DNA of 62,733 bases, the filler included, from Blastocystis sp. subtype 4 (lineage: Eukaryota): the NCBI RefSeq assembly GCF_000743755.1. It is 25 parts of 25 records of this genome, joined end to end, with 100 filler letters (N's around TTAATTAATTAA, not from the genome) between each part and the next. Parts side by side here need not be neighbours in the genome. Positions count along the whole stretch, not along the records: positions 30,630 to 32,870 come from NW_014568848.1; positions 32,971 to 35,949 come from NW_014568846.1; positions 36,050 to 38,314 come from NW_014568845.1; positions 38,415 to 41,089 come from NW_014568844.1; positions 41,190 to 43,382 come from NW_014568843.1; positions 43,483 to 45,616 come from NW_014568842.1; 19 more parts are not named here. One strand, given 5' to 3'. The notes under the pieces were generated by a model, which saw only the letters and a list, made by a program, of their open reading frames with translations, ran no database searches and was not told the DNA's origin. A program made the position numbers and the translations under genes. This document shows, one piece after another, positions 30,530-43,850 of this stretch; position 1 is the first letter of the stretch, and each line of letters starts with the position of its first letter.

Positions 30530-31012
30530 NNNNNNNNNNNNNNNNNNNNNNNNNNNNNNNNNNNNNNNNNNNNTTAATTAATTAANNNNNNNNNNNNNNN
30601 NNNNNNNNNNNNNNNNNNNNNNNNNNNNNACAATTCAATTGAATTCTTCATCAGATAGAAATCATTCAATAGTAGGATTATCCTAATTCAATAATTGAAG
30701 GAATCAATCCTTTCAAAGAGTTCTTTCGAGGTGAATTATTATGCTGCTCATATTCTCGATGGAAAGATTAATAAAGATACCTTTCATAGTAACAAAAATG
30801 GTCCTGTAAAGTGCCATCCCATCCACAATGACATAATGCATGCAAATGAATGAACTAAAGAATGCAATGACACTAGGATTAACCTATTTGAAGGTATGTG
30901 TTTCTACTTTGATTAAAAATCTGTTATACAACACAGTCTTCCAAAGTGAAAGAATCCTAATACAATCAACCTTGCAATTCTTTATTAAGGTAACTGGCAC
31001 CACTATATCCGA

Positions 31013-31208
31013 TCATTTACTCTCAGTCAGATTCTGATGTGGAGATAGAAGCAATTGATACCTTTTCACCATGACGATTATGCACATCAATCTTCACTAC
31101 AGCAAATCACTCATGTATACACATTGTTCAATCCCACTGTTGAGTAGATTATAATCCAATGGACTTGTCTCTAGTATAATCATCTGTCGAATCAGATCAC
31201 TAAGAACC
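31013..31208 (-). pseudogene. Decayed C-terminal relic of the penton-like gene
   Basis: Aligns with 53101-53335, including the stop region, with internal deletions and substitutions. Confidence 0.65.
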
Positions 31209-31439
31209 TTGCAAAAGAAACAGATTAATAATATACTGATAATAGCTTTGTTATTTAGACTGCCACCAATTTGCATGATTCACTATCTACTATTCTTCTT
31301 GTATTGCGTGTCTAGATTATTAGGTCATCAAGTAACAAATGGAATAATCCCCTTAAAAATCCGTATCCATGGACATTCATTCAAAAGCCTGTTATAAGTC
31401 TAAGAATCGTAATCATAGTGATTTGCATCAACAGTAGCT

Positions 31440-32408
31440 TTGGATTATGATGATATTAGCTATCCTATTCCTTTTGGAAGACTGTTGTGCGATCCCAGTA
31501 CCCATTACATTCGCTACAGAAATGATACAATGAAGAATGTTGCTGTATTTGAAGAAGTGGAGGAGTATAAAGAAGGGAACGACTTGCTAATGATGACTGC
31601 TGCTACAAGCAATCATCATGTTGTTGCACAGATGTGCCTTCTAACTATGGTTCGATTCTGCCCATACTCTAACATTCTGTTTGGGGATATGGGATTAACG
31701 GAAGATGAGCGTAATACCATGTTCAATATTGCCTGGTTGATCTATCGTATTCATAGAATGCTAAACTCTTCAGCTATCTTCTATTATCGACTCTTGGATC
31801 TCAATCACTTTCCATTATGGGTTCAGAACACAAAAGACTTTGCTGGTGTGTATTCTCTGAAACTGTATGTGGGTCTTGATGCTGCTATGCAATGGAAAGC
31901 CAATATTGGTATCATAGATGCCGGGAGCAATCTAATCAGAGCACCTCTTAATGAATTGCAATATGTTAAGAAAGAAGGTATATACTCTCCCTGGTCAATA
32001 GGCTATGTGAAGAATTGGGTTCATCCATTATCAAAAGAATTTCTCATACATTATGGTATTGTTGATTCAATAGATGCAAATGGAAGGAATTGTTGTGGTG
32101 GTCATATCTTCTTTGATTATAGGAATTCTACAGTTCGAGAGAAGGTATTAATACCTATGCAATTATGTGCCTATACTCATGCCTGTCTTGTACCACGAGG
32201 ATCAAATCGACGCAATCACAGGCAAGACCAAGCTATATGGAGTGTCCTTCTCAATAATCTCCACTTGAAATACTCTTCTAACCTTCAATATAGTCATCAT
32301 TCCGCCAAATTTTGGACAGATAAGTATATTAATGCCAGCAGTATTAAGTATTATCTCAACAAAACATTGGAGGGAGTTTATCATGATGCTAGTGCAAGAA
32401 TTATATAA
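31440..32408 (+). CDS. Putative glycosyltransferase-like protein (DUF1647-like)
   Basis: TAATSNH, FGDMGL, IDAG and CA...CLVPRGSNRRNHRQDQA motifs; true start uncertain. Confidence 0.55.
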   Translation: MDYDDISYPIPFGRLLCDPSTHYIRYRNDTMKNVAVFEEVEEYKEGNDLLMMTAATSNHHVVAQMCLLTMVRFCPYSNILFGDMGLTEDERNTMFNIAWLIYRIHRMLNSSAIFYYRLLDLNHFPLWVQNTKDFAGVYSLKLYVGLDAAMQWKANIGIIDAGSNLIRAPLNELQYVKKEGIYSPWSIGYVKNWVHPLSKEFLIHYGIVDSIDANGRNCCGGHIFFDYRNSTVREKVLIPMQLCAYTHACLVPRGSNRRNHRQDQAIWSVLLNNLHLKYSSNLQYSHHSAKFWTDKYINASSIKYYLNKTLEGVYHDASARII

Positions 32409-34449
32409 ACTAATAATATTCTATTTGGATGTTCTACAAACTATTACTAGAACTTAATTCAATAAATGAAGGCATATCCTTGGCCAATCCTCTCCATATG
32501 TGAACTACATTCTAGTAACCCTTGATATACTTCGAGGCCTCTTATTCACATAAAAGGACACGTTGTGCCTTATATCCCCATCATATGGACAATTGCATTA
32601 CTATAGTTTGACTAATTTGATGCTATTCTGAGCAGTGTTTGAAGCAGCAATAACAAGTGCATTCTTGATTGGTTTGAATTGTTCACTGTTATAGATCGTT
32701 TTCAGTTTGTTCCATGCATTTGACATCCAATCACTCAACTTACCTGAACCCACTTCCAGACAGATATCGATCCTGTCCTCGAATCTTCTTCATCACACTT
32801 TCCAATTCATCTAGCTTATCATCTGATAACTCACTCAAATGATACAATTTGTTCACATCAGATCCACCACNNNNNNNNNNNNNNNNNNNNNNNNNNNNNN
32901 NNNNNNNNNNNNNNTTAATTAATTAANNNNNNNNNNNNNNNNNNNNNNNNNNNNNNNNNNNNNNNNNNNNAATTTCGTTAATTCTACTTAGTTTGTGTTT
33001 CTATTCATCATAGTTGCATCACTACATACAACTGTACTTGTGTATTGATGGTTGAATATGGATTGTTGTAGAATTCTTTATCATTTGTGTTATCATCACT
33101 TTGGTAACAATGATGTTTCTGATCCAGTTAATCAAGAGGAATTGTTCAATTGATGATTTGAATGATACAGTGATTCTTAACAAGACTACAACTGATACTC
33201 ACAATCCACATTATGTTATCTTTGTTTCATTCTCTAGTCATTCTCTTTCATTCATTCAATTCTACACTATCAACTTCATTATCATTCTCTAATACAACAT
33301 CACATCTCTTTCAACAAACAATCACATTCATACCATAACACTTTCACTCTCTTCACAATACTCTTCATCAACTAATCTCACTTCAATAATAATCATACAT
33401 TGCACCCTCATATACTCAACCATACTTATCAATTCAATCACATACACATTCTATTCTCTTACAGTATATCGTATCAACACAATCCACACTTCTTATACTT
33501 CAAACACTGTCACTCAATTCATATCCATAATTCCATAATCAATCTCAATACACTCACATTCATACTCATCATACAATCCTTTCTTACACATTATTCAACT
33601 CAATTCCATCTTTCTTACAACACTCTTATCACTTTCAATAGCAATCAAAACAGTATTCATTTCTTTCATCTAATAATATCAACAACCTTACAACACATTC
33701 ATAATCCAATTATCTCTAATTCTTATCATCAACTACACTACTCACTCACAATTCTATCTCCATTCATCACTAAATTACATACTTACTCATATCAATTACC
33801 AATCAACACATACTAACTCATATCAAACACATTACTTTCAAACAATCATAACTACAACAAACATATCAGTTATCACATTCTTTCAATCATTATCCTTTCA
33901 TCAAATCCAATATCACAATCAAACACTATCAATCTATCTTACTCATACAGTTGGATCACAGCGCAACGACATTCATTTCATTCTTACGACAATTCGGATC
34001 CCCAAATACGCCATTCCCCATTAGCCCATTTCATTCATTTCAATCCACATTCACTTTCATTCATATCTCACTATTCTACTATATTCTACTATCATCTCTT
34101 CATTCCTATTCAATATTATACAATCACGGGAATATCATTCTCATCATTCATTTCTTATTTCCATTTATATCTACACTCTCATATCATATCAATTCTATTC
34201 ATATCTCACAATTCATCATCGTCCCTTCCTCTCTCTTCACCAATCAATCAATTTGTTATGATTTCGTTAATTCTTATCCATTGATTATTCATCACTCTTT
34301 ATTTGTAATGGTTGTTGTTCTTCATTTAAGTATCAATCATTTCATTCTATTCTTCACATTCTGTTTCATTCTTCATTCTACTCTCATTTATAGTTATCCT
34401 TTCTTACTCTATTCAATGTTCATCCAATCAAGATTATGTTAACATCATT

Positions 34450-35949
34450 ATGAAGACTTATTCTAATGCTTATGAGATGTCATTTCTGGTTAAGGCTGAT
34501 TCTTCTACTCTATTCACTTCTCCTTCGTTCTCAAACAATCAACAATATGTGTATGAAGTCTGTTTGAATGCTTCTTCTAATCATATTTACACTCTTATCA
34601 TGAAAGATTCATTTGGTGATGGATGGACTGAAGGTGGATGGATCTCAATGAATGATATCAATGATAATACTATCTTCAAGAACACTATGGCTTATGGAAG
34701 ACAAGAGAGTTATCAATTTGCTCTGTATTCTCCTATCAATAAGAATGATACTTGGAGATACAGTGATAGTTATCATTCTCTCTGGAATACCAATTCATTC
34801 AATGATAATCAATGGATATCAATCATTCTCGGATCTTCTTCTATCACTTCATACAATACTCAATACTTCAGGAAATCATTCAATGGAATCACTGGAATGG
34901 CTTCTATTGATATTCAATTCTACTATTCTCATGGTATCATTGCTTATATCAATGGAATTCAAGTATTCAGAGACAATATGCCTCATGGAATCATCAATCA
35001 TTCCACTCTCGCTACTAATTCATATTCTTATTCTTCTTATCGAGGAATCATTCTTCCTGCTATCTATGCTGAAGACAATCAATCTGTTGTCTCTGTTGAA
35101 CTTCATTTCACTTCTGTTAATGAAAGAACTATCGATTTCAACTCTTTCATTTCTTATCAATCTGGCATTTCTACTGATAATCCTTGTTCTGTTTATCCTC
35201 ATTCTATCTCTGCTTCTGGTACCATGACTAATCCTTCAGGAGTATTTGATTACTGTAGCAATAGTGCATACATATCTTATCCTACTTCTAATCTTCCTAG
35301 ATATGTGATTGGTTCATTTGAAACTATCATTCCTTATATCAATTCTATTCGATTATATACTTCGATGCCAACTTGTTCTCCATCCTCATTTACTGTATCG
35401 GGTTCTCCTTCATTGGACTATCTCTTCCCTAGTCTATTCAGTCAATCAAATCAAACATATTCATCTAATTCATGGAAACAATGGTCATTGAACTCTCCAT
35501 TGTTATTCAATCATATCAAGTTCACTGTCAATTCTGTTCAATCAACTGCTACTGCCCGTATTGATGAAGTTCAATTCATGACATGTAATACCATTGATAT
35601 CGATCCCTCTCCTGTTGTCATTCCTTCTATTCCTAGTTCTAGTCAATGTTCATCTAATCAGGATTATGCTAAGATTACTATGAGAACAACAAATTATGCT
35701 TTTAAAGAGTCATTTGAGATTGTTTCTGGTTCTTCTGTTCTATTCTCTTCTCCTCCATTCGATGATGATCAACAATATGTGTATGAAGTCTGTTTGAATG
35801 CTTCTTCTAATCACATATTCACTCTTGTTATGAAGGATTCAAATGGTTATTGGTCTTCAGGTGCTTGGATTGAGATAGAAGGAATGAATGGAAACATTGT
35901 GTACAAGGGAATGATGACTGAAAGGAGTGTTCAAACAGAACAGTTCTCT
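34450..35949 (+). CDS. Surface-protein family member with carbohydrate-binding-like domain and an internal repeat (partial)
   Basis: MKDSFGDGW and YFRKSF..GIIAYING..VFRDNM; QQYVYEVCLNASSNHI occurs twice. Confidence 0.65.
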
Positions 35950-36697
35950 NNNNNNNNNNNNNNNNNNNNNNNNNNNNNNNNNNNNNNNNNNNNTTAATTA
36001 ATTAANNNNNNNNNNNNNNNNNNNNNNNNNNNNNNNNNNNNNNNNNNNNGCACCAAGGGCTTCACAGTTCTTAATACACACATCCTTAGTGAGAATGGAT
36101 GGAAGAGGAGGAATATACGATCTTCTAAATGTCTGGAGTTCACTCATTCGAATTTGTAACTATGAAAGGAGTTTGAGTGAATAGAGGAGAGGGGGATCCA
36201 CGATGGAATGGATGAATGAGACAAAAGTGAAAGAATTCGCATTTCTTGATGATCTGGATTCTGTAGTGTTGAGAATCGATTTGATAACTAGAGATCTAAT
36301 TGATGAAAGGAGGTAATAGATGGGATACAGAGACGAATGAAAGAGAAAGAATCCTTGTTGGGATCCCCATTTCTTAATGACGTGATTATTTATACATTCC
36401 TTTATAGAATGAAGGAAATTATTAGATCTGATGTATGTGAAATGACAAAGAAGTTGAACGTCTATTTTCTTTCAGGCATTGAGATATAGGAGTTGTATCA
36501 ACGGGCGCAAAGGAATTGCAGTACATCGTATTTGTCCGTTAAGGGTTGGTTGGAATCTTGTGTACATGTTGTGAAGTATTCTTGATTAGTAGATTCATGA
36601 TCATGTTGTTTATGATTTCAGTATAAGTAATATAAAACCAATGGTAACTCCTTGCTAACTGGATTGTCATTTCTAGCAAGGACGACTAAAAACAATC

Positions 36698-37999
36698 ATG
36701 GAAGAGTATGAAGAGACAGAAACGTGTGTAAAATATGCTACACCACAAATTGGAACAAATAAAATGATCACGGAAAGTGGAATGAAATCGACACCTAGTT
36801 CAACTCGTAAAGGCCCTCCATCTCGATTGATTATCGAGAATTCATCGATGCAAAACTCTATCCCAGTTAAATCTGCTAATAAAGACGCTACTCCTAAGAC
36901 GGTTGATAAGGAAGACCCAGTAAAGAGAAGTATACTGGTTCAGAAGTATCGATCTCGGTTTCTAAATACTCTTATTAAGGACTGTCAGAATCGTGGATTG
37001 CAATGTTCAGGCACCAAGATGGATTTGGTCGACCGTTTAGTCGATGATGATATGCGGAAAATAGTCTCTGGAAAGCAAGATTCTGTAAGGGATATTCGTC
37101 ATCGTAATACCACATTGAAAGGTGTGGATAAAGGAGTTTCAATCACACAAGTTGTATCACGTCTTGGTTATACTGATTTGCCTTCAGAACCACTCTCTGT
37201 GGTATCATCTATGAAAGAGAAATTTAAACAGTTTGAAATGGAAATGCCTCCACCTCCTTCCGCAGATGCTGTTCTAGTGAAGCCTCGAATTCAACCGAAT
37301 CCAGATGGTGACACAGATTCTAGAATCCGGCAGCCATACTCTCCTGAAGCCATTTCTTTGCATACTCTTAAACCATCTCCTCATGTTAAGTCTGCTGTTT
37401 CTCCTGCACCACCTCATAACAAAGAACCCACTTCTATCAATTCTCCTTCAGTTACAAGTACAATAACAGCCCATCGTGTTTCTCCTCCGGCACACGCACC
37501 AGTCTCACCTAGGGTTCCTGTACCTCCTGTTTCATCGTTTTTAACTCCAATAAAACCTTCTTCTCCCGCTCCTTCACCTCCTGTCCAAGTGGCTACTGCA
37601 CATCCACCTGCAACAGTCCAGACAGCAGAATCTGGTACAGTTGAAAATACTGAAGATGGAGATAATGAGTTGTTCTGAGTGCCTTTCTTTATTCCTAGAG
37701 AAGAACATTGGTTTGAAGCCCCTCTATTGGAAATGTATATCAAGCGTCAGCAGGTAGGGAAATAGAGATGGGTTGAAGTTTAGTTCATCGATCCTGATTT
37801 GATCTTTGTTCCTGAGATGACTTGTGATTTGGAAGGTTGGAATGATTGAAAGAAATAATAAGTAGATATGTTCCCAGGAGATCGACGTGTGATTGCTGGA
37901 AGAGGATCTTCAGGCAATTGGGAAGATGATGAAGAAGCAAGAAGAAGAACAAGAGAGAGTTCAGCAATGCTTGAAAGAGATGATAAATTGGATGAATAA
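36698..37999 (+). CDS. INCENP-like protein (SAP motif + Pro-rich region + C-terminal IN-box)
   Basis: Three 30-nt introns from 37669 extend the ORF to HWFEAPLLEMYIKRQQFIDPDLIF...CDLEDMF...RGSSGNW; SAP-like LIKDCQNRGLQCSGTKMDLVDRL. Confidence 0.75.
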
Positions 38000-38414
38000 C
38001 CTGTTTCTTACTGATTCTTGATAAGAAGGAGATTTGAATAAAGAGGAGGATTCTGCCAAAAGAATGAAAGAACCGCATTTGCGTCTATCATTGGTTTTGA
38101 AATCGATCATTTTCTTGGCTATGCTTGAAGATAGAAGAATCTAAACATATGAGTGTTGTTCAAAATCAAAGCAAGCCTGAAGAGAGCACATCAGGAAGTC
38201 AGTCGAGTGCTACTTCAGAGTTTTCACTAACAGTAAGTATATTTTGGGGAATTATTTAGGATTCAGAAAGTAAAATCTGCAAATCCATTTCTACCACAAG
38301 GATTCAAGAAAACANNNNNNNNNNNNNNNNNNNNNNNNNNNNNNNNNNNNNNNNNNNNTTAATTAATTAANNNNNNNNNNNNNNNNNNNNNNNNNNNNNN
38401 NNNNNNNNNNNNNN

Positions 38415-39054
38415 ATGAGTGTGAGAAATGATTGAAAGACTTGCCTTCACTTGAATCCATATCTATTGGAAGCTATTCATTTGGTGGTTGTCATTCAGTT
38501 CGATTTGAGAGTATTGATTGAATGAATGAGTAATAATCAGATCTACTTTCACTTGAATCAGTGTCTTTTGCCAGTTATTCATTCAGATATTGTCATTCAG
38601 TTCAATTTGAGAATAATGATTGAATGAAGGAGTAATAATCAGATCTACCAAGATTTCAATCCATGTATCTGTTTGAAGGAACATTTGAAGGAGATGGAGG
38701 AGATGATCGTAAATCGAATAGCACAGCTCCTTTCAATTATCGAAACACTCTAACAATGAAGAGTGATGAATAGAAGGAAGAATGATGATTAGATCTGAGT
38801 CTTCTTATTTCAATGCATATTCCTTCGTATTGTTTCAGGTATATTGGATCTGTTGTTTTGGAGAGTATGACTAATGAATTGAGTTGAGAGTAGATATTCC
38901 AACTCTCACTTCAGTTGATATCACTAGCAGTGGTGATTATCAATTTGCTAGTGTTTATGAATTGAATGCAACGAGTCTGATTAACAGTTGAAGATAAGAT
39001 GTAGATGCTGTTGCTCTTGAATCGTTTATTCGAAGCCGAAGTTCTTATGTCTAG
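38415..39054 (+). CDS. LRR surface-family gene, 3' fragment
   Basis: LPSLESISIGSYSF repeats with ~30-nt introns; TAG followed by TGTTTGTT. Confidence 0.6.
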
Positions 39055-39908
39055 TCCATTTGTTTGTTCAGGTACAAAGATCATTGATTTCTAGATCTAT
39101 AAGTGATTATCCACTAAATGTGTTGTTCTGTTGTGTGTAGAGTCGAGATTAGACAATCAACTGATGATGTGATTCATTGTATGATGCCAACATAATGAAT
39201 AGGGATAATCTGTGAATCTTGAATTCTCAAGTTGAGTGATAATATGACTGTTTCTCAAGAAATTATGATGAATAGTAACAGAAGATGTAGTAGTAGGAAG
39301 TGATTAGTTGAAGAGGTCATGAGACTATCATATTCAGAATACAAATGGAATCATTTGTTGTTTCCCACCTCATAGCAACATTTGTATAAGAGAATGAAGT
39401 AGGAAAATGATGGAATGATAATGGAATGATAGACATAGGTGAGATGATGATGATGATGATAACAGGATTACAAACAACCACTAACAATGTCAAAATGAAT
39501 AGAGTAGATGATAGTATGTCAACATATTCAATGGTATATGTGAGTAGAGATAATCCATCCAAAGAATGATCTCAACACATACAACTTCCATTCATTGATC
39601 CTCCCTCAGATTGTTCAATTCTCCCTTTGATATGATAACAAGCAAAGAGGAGATATCATCGGAATTGGAGTTAGGAATGGTGATGAGAATGGAGAAAGTG
39701 TCACAAACATCGTATTACCATCTCTTTGACCAGATTGGATCAATCCATGAGGGATCAGAATACATGGACTCAATACAACATAGAGACAAATACAATACAA
39801 TCTGGAATCAACAAGAGTAGATTGAAGAAATCCAAGGAATGAGTGAAATCAAATCTAAGAGAAGCCATCTCTGTTCTGACTTCATTGTTATGTTGCCTTT
39901 GAATGAAG

Positions 39909-40058
39909 ATGAAGAATTGTATTCGATTAAGTGAATAAGTGATAAGTACTGTGATAGCAGATGATGAATCAGATTGAGTGAATGATATACTTGATATGAT
40001 TCCAGATGATATCGATTTGACAATCAATAGTGTTGTAGTGAAGATCGATACGACTTCA
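39909..40058 (+). pseudogene. Decayed N-terminal relic of the penton-like gene
   Basis: MKNCIRLSE*VISTVIADDES...PDDIDLTINSVVVKIDTTS vs MNNSLPLSQLVISAVIPAGES...PDDIDLTINSVVVKIDTTS. Confidence 0.75.
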
Positions 40059-42232
40059 GATACTTGTGATAATCATTTCACTATTGTGTGAATCAATAGA
40101 TATCTCTTTTAGTAATCATGTTTGTAACAAACTCATCATAGTTATGCCTTTCTTCTGAAACAGCTCTGACAGTCACCATTTCCACAAACATGAACCACAT
40201 ATACAGGTCTTCCAGAAGAGCGACAAGGACGAACAGATTGAGTATTTCCACAGAACGAACAAGAAGGAATTGAATGAAAGTGAGTGAAATAGAATATGAT
40301 GAATCCAGTAAAGATGATGAAACTGGATTGTTGATAATGAATATGATTGATTGAATCATCCAATCTCAATTTGTTATTCATGTCACTAATGAACAGACTA
40401 CTATTCAGTAGTAGTATTCACTGACACATCATGCAAGGAAGAATGAAGTCTGAAATGTGAAAGGGAGAGAAAGAATGAAGTATCTTCTTTCATTACTCAC
40501 TAACGATTCAGACTTCCTAGAGCATTCAATCAAAAGGAAATCACACTTCATGAAGGAAAACCAAACAAACATATCACAACAATCCTTTTCGTTGTAAGTA
40601 TCTCAATTGCGCTGTTTCAATGTCCTTGTCACTTAACGAAGAGACTAGAATATCCTCCTTCTTCTCAATCTTCTCTCATTTTGTTCTATACAACACCAAT
40701 TCACTTCCTACACTCAATTTCACATCCTTCAGACCTCGAATTCGCTTCAATTGTTTCACTACTGCCTCTTCTGCCACTTCACAACAACTACAGAATCAAC
40801 TATGAGTCATTGCTACTAACTACACATCATTCTCTTTCTCTTCTCATACTTCTCCATACACAATGTATCATGGATAGTTGTTTCTGATCACCACAGAACA
40901 TGAAGGATGCAACTCTCCAATTGGTGTTCCTCCATTATCGTGAAGATCAATCAACGTACGATAGTAATGATTGGAGCATCTTCGTGCCAGTGATAACACA
41001 CATCCCTCACAAAGAGCATATTGGAGTAATTTCAGAGTGTTTAGATGAGATTGATGTTGATCCTTGTTGTTGTCACTCTCTCTCTTCATNNNNNNNNNNN
41101 NNNNNNNNNNNNNNNNNNNNNNNNNNNNNNNNNTTAATTAATTAANNNNNNNNNNNNNNNNNNNNNNNNNNNNNNNNNNNNNNNNNNNNTCTCTATTGGG
41201 ATCAACACACTATCTACGAATGGAATCAGATTGGAATGTATGATAGTGAATAAAGAGATTGAGTTAATCATCATTCAACTACTCTTTGTTTTGTCTCTCA
41301 ATTCAACATTCATTTCAATCAACTAGATCCTTATCTCAACTTCAAGAATTCGATTCTTATACAATCCTATCTTTCTTTGATAGAACCCAACTCTTCTGTT
41401 GAATGAATTGATCAAGACAGTCAATATCTCATTCATTATTAACCATTCAATCATACTTGAACTCTCCAACTCTTTCACTTCATCAAAGTATCCTCTCATC
41501 GAAATGCCTTCTAGACGCAGGGATGGAATAGCTAGTTCAAACATAATCCTTTATAGAGCCCAAGAATTGGCCTATAATGGGCAATGCTTTGGAGAGGAAC
41601 TCGTTTTTCAATTGATCTGCAAGAGTCTGAAATTCATGATACGTAATAGAAGCATCCTCTTGTACCCTAGTTCCAACACTATGAACAGGCGTCGAGCCGC
41701 CTGTTCATAACTATCCTTCCACAGTGAATTTGTATGGTGTCATTCACTTCTCTTCATAAGTATGAAATGCTGCTATGCTGATCACAAATACAACTGATCT
41801 ATATTGTACCAGCAGATTTGTTAAGATGCAAATCAATTGTGTCACCATTTAGAACACGAACATCAACGAAAACAGGATTCTTGTACTTTATAAGAACTGT
41901 AAAGCAATCATATGAGTGATTCTTCTTAATCTTCCATTAGAGAGAATCAATGTTTTCTTCATATTCCATCTTTTCTCGTGTTCCACTTTGAGCTCCCTTC
42001 TTAGGTTCCTTCCATTTAATAATGATATCAGTTCTTTGCAAGAATGCGTTTTCTTCAATTATCATATCAGCAGGAGTAGATTAACGTATGTAAAAAGAAT
42101 CTTAACCATTCATCCTATTGGGTTCTATTTTATTTCCGTTCAAGTCCTCTCTTAACCAGCTTTCTTCACTTATATACCTTTTTGAAATCACATTCTACAA
42201 ACAAATGATTTAATCATGTTAACAAACACAAA

Positions 42233-43037
42233 ATAAAGAAGGCATCAATGCATCCAATCGTTTTGCTAACAAGTCAACAGCACCATTACTAACGGCCTCA
42301 GGCTGGCCTGCAGGAGCCAAAAATAGTGGATTCTGACTAGCAATTTCCAATTGTGCTTGTTGAAGCAGGCTATCTGCACTTTCCTAATCATCAAACACTA
42401 TCACAATACTGAACTGAATCCGCTACTACAGGTCCCATAGCACGATTCATAACCTCCTGACTACATTCAAAAATACACCCAAAATGTACGTCACAAACTG
42501 ATCATCCATGGCCTTATTGAATTCGCTAAATACTCGAAAAGACTAAATATAAAGCACTTCAAATGGAATCACCTCAACAGGATCCGGATTCTGCAAGCCA
42601 TTTAAACAAGAAGTCGCCTTTGCTAAAGCTTTCATGGCTTCTTGACTGCCTAGAGACACTCGCATCTCACCAGCGGCAGCATCCAGTTTACAACTCATTA
42701 GCAAATACTTGTTCTTCTGAGCTTTGTATTGGGTTGCCATCTAAGACATAAGCCAACATTACTTAACCAACATTAGCAAAGATTCTTGCACCTTCAACAT
42801 TATCACGCTTCAGTTCCTAGAGATGAAGCGAACATAATACACAAACAAAAGTAATCTTCTTCATGCAATCGCTAATTTCTTTGTCCATCCTTCTAGCTTG
42901 AGCTGCAATCGCCTTGGCTTGCATCTGCAAGTCAATAATAGAATGTTATGGTCAAAGAACAGAGAATACATATTTCAAAGGATATTGCTCACTTGATCGA
43001 ACGGATCCACTTTCTTTCCAAAAAGACTCCAAGGCAT
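42233..43037 (-). CDS. CHMP1: ESCRT-III CHMP1/Did2-like protein; AT-AC intron; stop probably completed by polyadenylation
   Basis: NVEGARIFA, KYLLMSCKLDAAA, and C-terminal MIM1-like LLAKRLDAL. Confidence 0.8.
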
Positions 43038-43850
43038 TTGTACAATTAGTATAAATATAATGAGAAAACTGAGTTGAACTGATTATTTGATTATTATTAG
43101 AGTCGATCACTGGACGCGTACTTGGTGATTCTTTGTGTAAAGTCCAGTTCTAGAGGTAAAGTGAACTGTTATTCTTTTTTATACTGGACTGAAGATAGTT
43201 ATTTGAGTGTGGGAAGTGAATGGAATAGATTGGAGAATGAAATGAGCCAATAAGTCATAACAACATAGAAAAAATGATTGATAATAAGAATATGATTGTA
43301 GATAATGTTGAATCAATATCAAAGAAGATGAATGGAGTAGAATGGAGAATGAAGTGGAAAGAGTACTTGAAAGAGAGTGTATNNNNNNNNNNNNNNNNNN
43401 NNNNNNNNNNNNNNNNNNNNNNNNNNTTAATTAATTAANNNNNNNNNNNNNNNNNNNNNNNNNNNNNNNNNNNNNNNNNNNNCTCACTCCATGAATCCAT
43501 TTGCACTGAACGCACAAAACTCAGATGCACCTAATCATTAGTAGATATGAAATAACCAACTCCTAGACCACGATGTTGACCTGAACACTCCAAACAAATG
43601 AAAACTCCATACGAAACGGATGCCCATTGCGGCCTAGCAGCTCCACAATCGACACAAACCTATAACATAACTCTACCCAAACACAAACAAACATCATTTC
43701 CAGGCATCTTACGGAGATCCGCAAGAACGGATGCAGGCATACGATTCATCCTTAGAAAAAAGAACAAAGAGTATGTTGTGCTTCCGTTAGTATGATTCGA
43801 TTCCCGTTATTGTCGCCTAGCTGTCACATTTTTGCTTGTAATTATATAGG

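Noticed and set aside
33400..34442. His/Ile/Ser-rich ORFs
   Set aside because: Artefacts of G-poor composition, which removes TAG and TGA stops.
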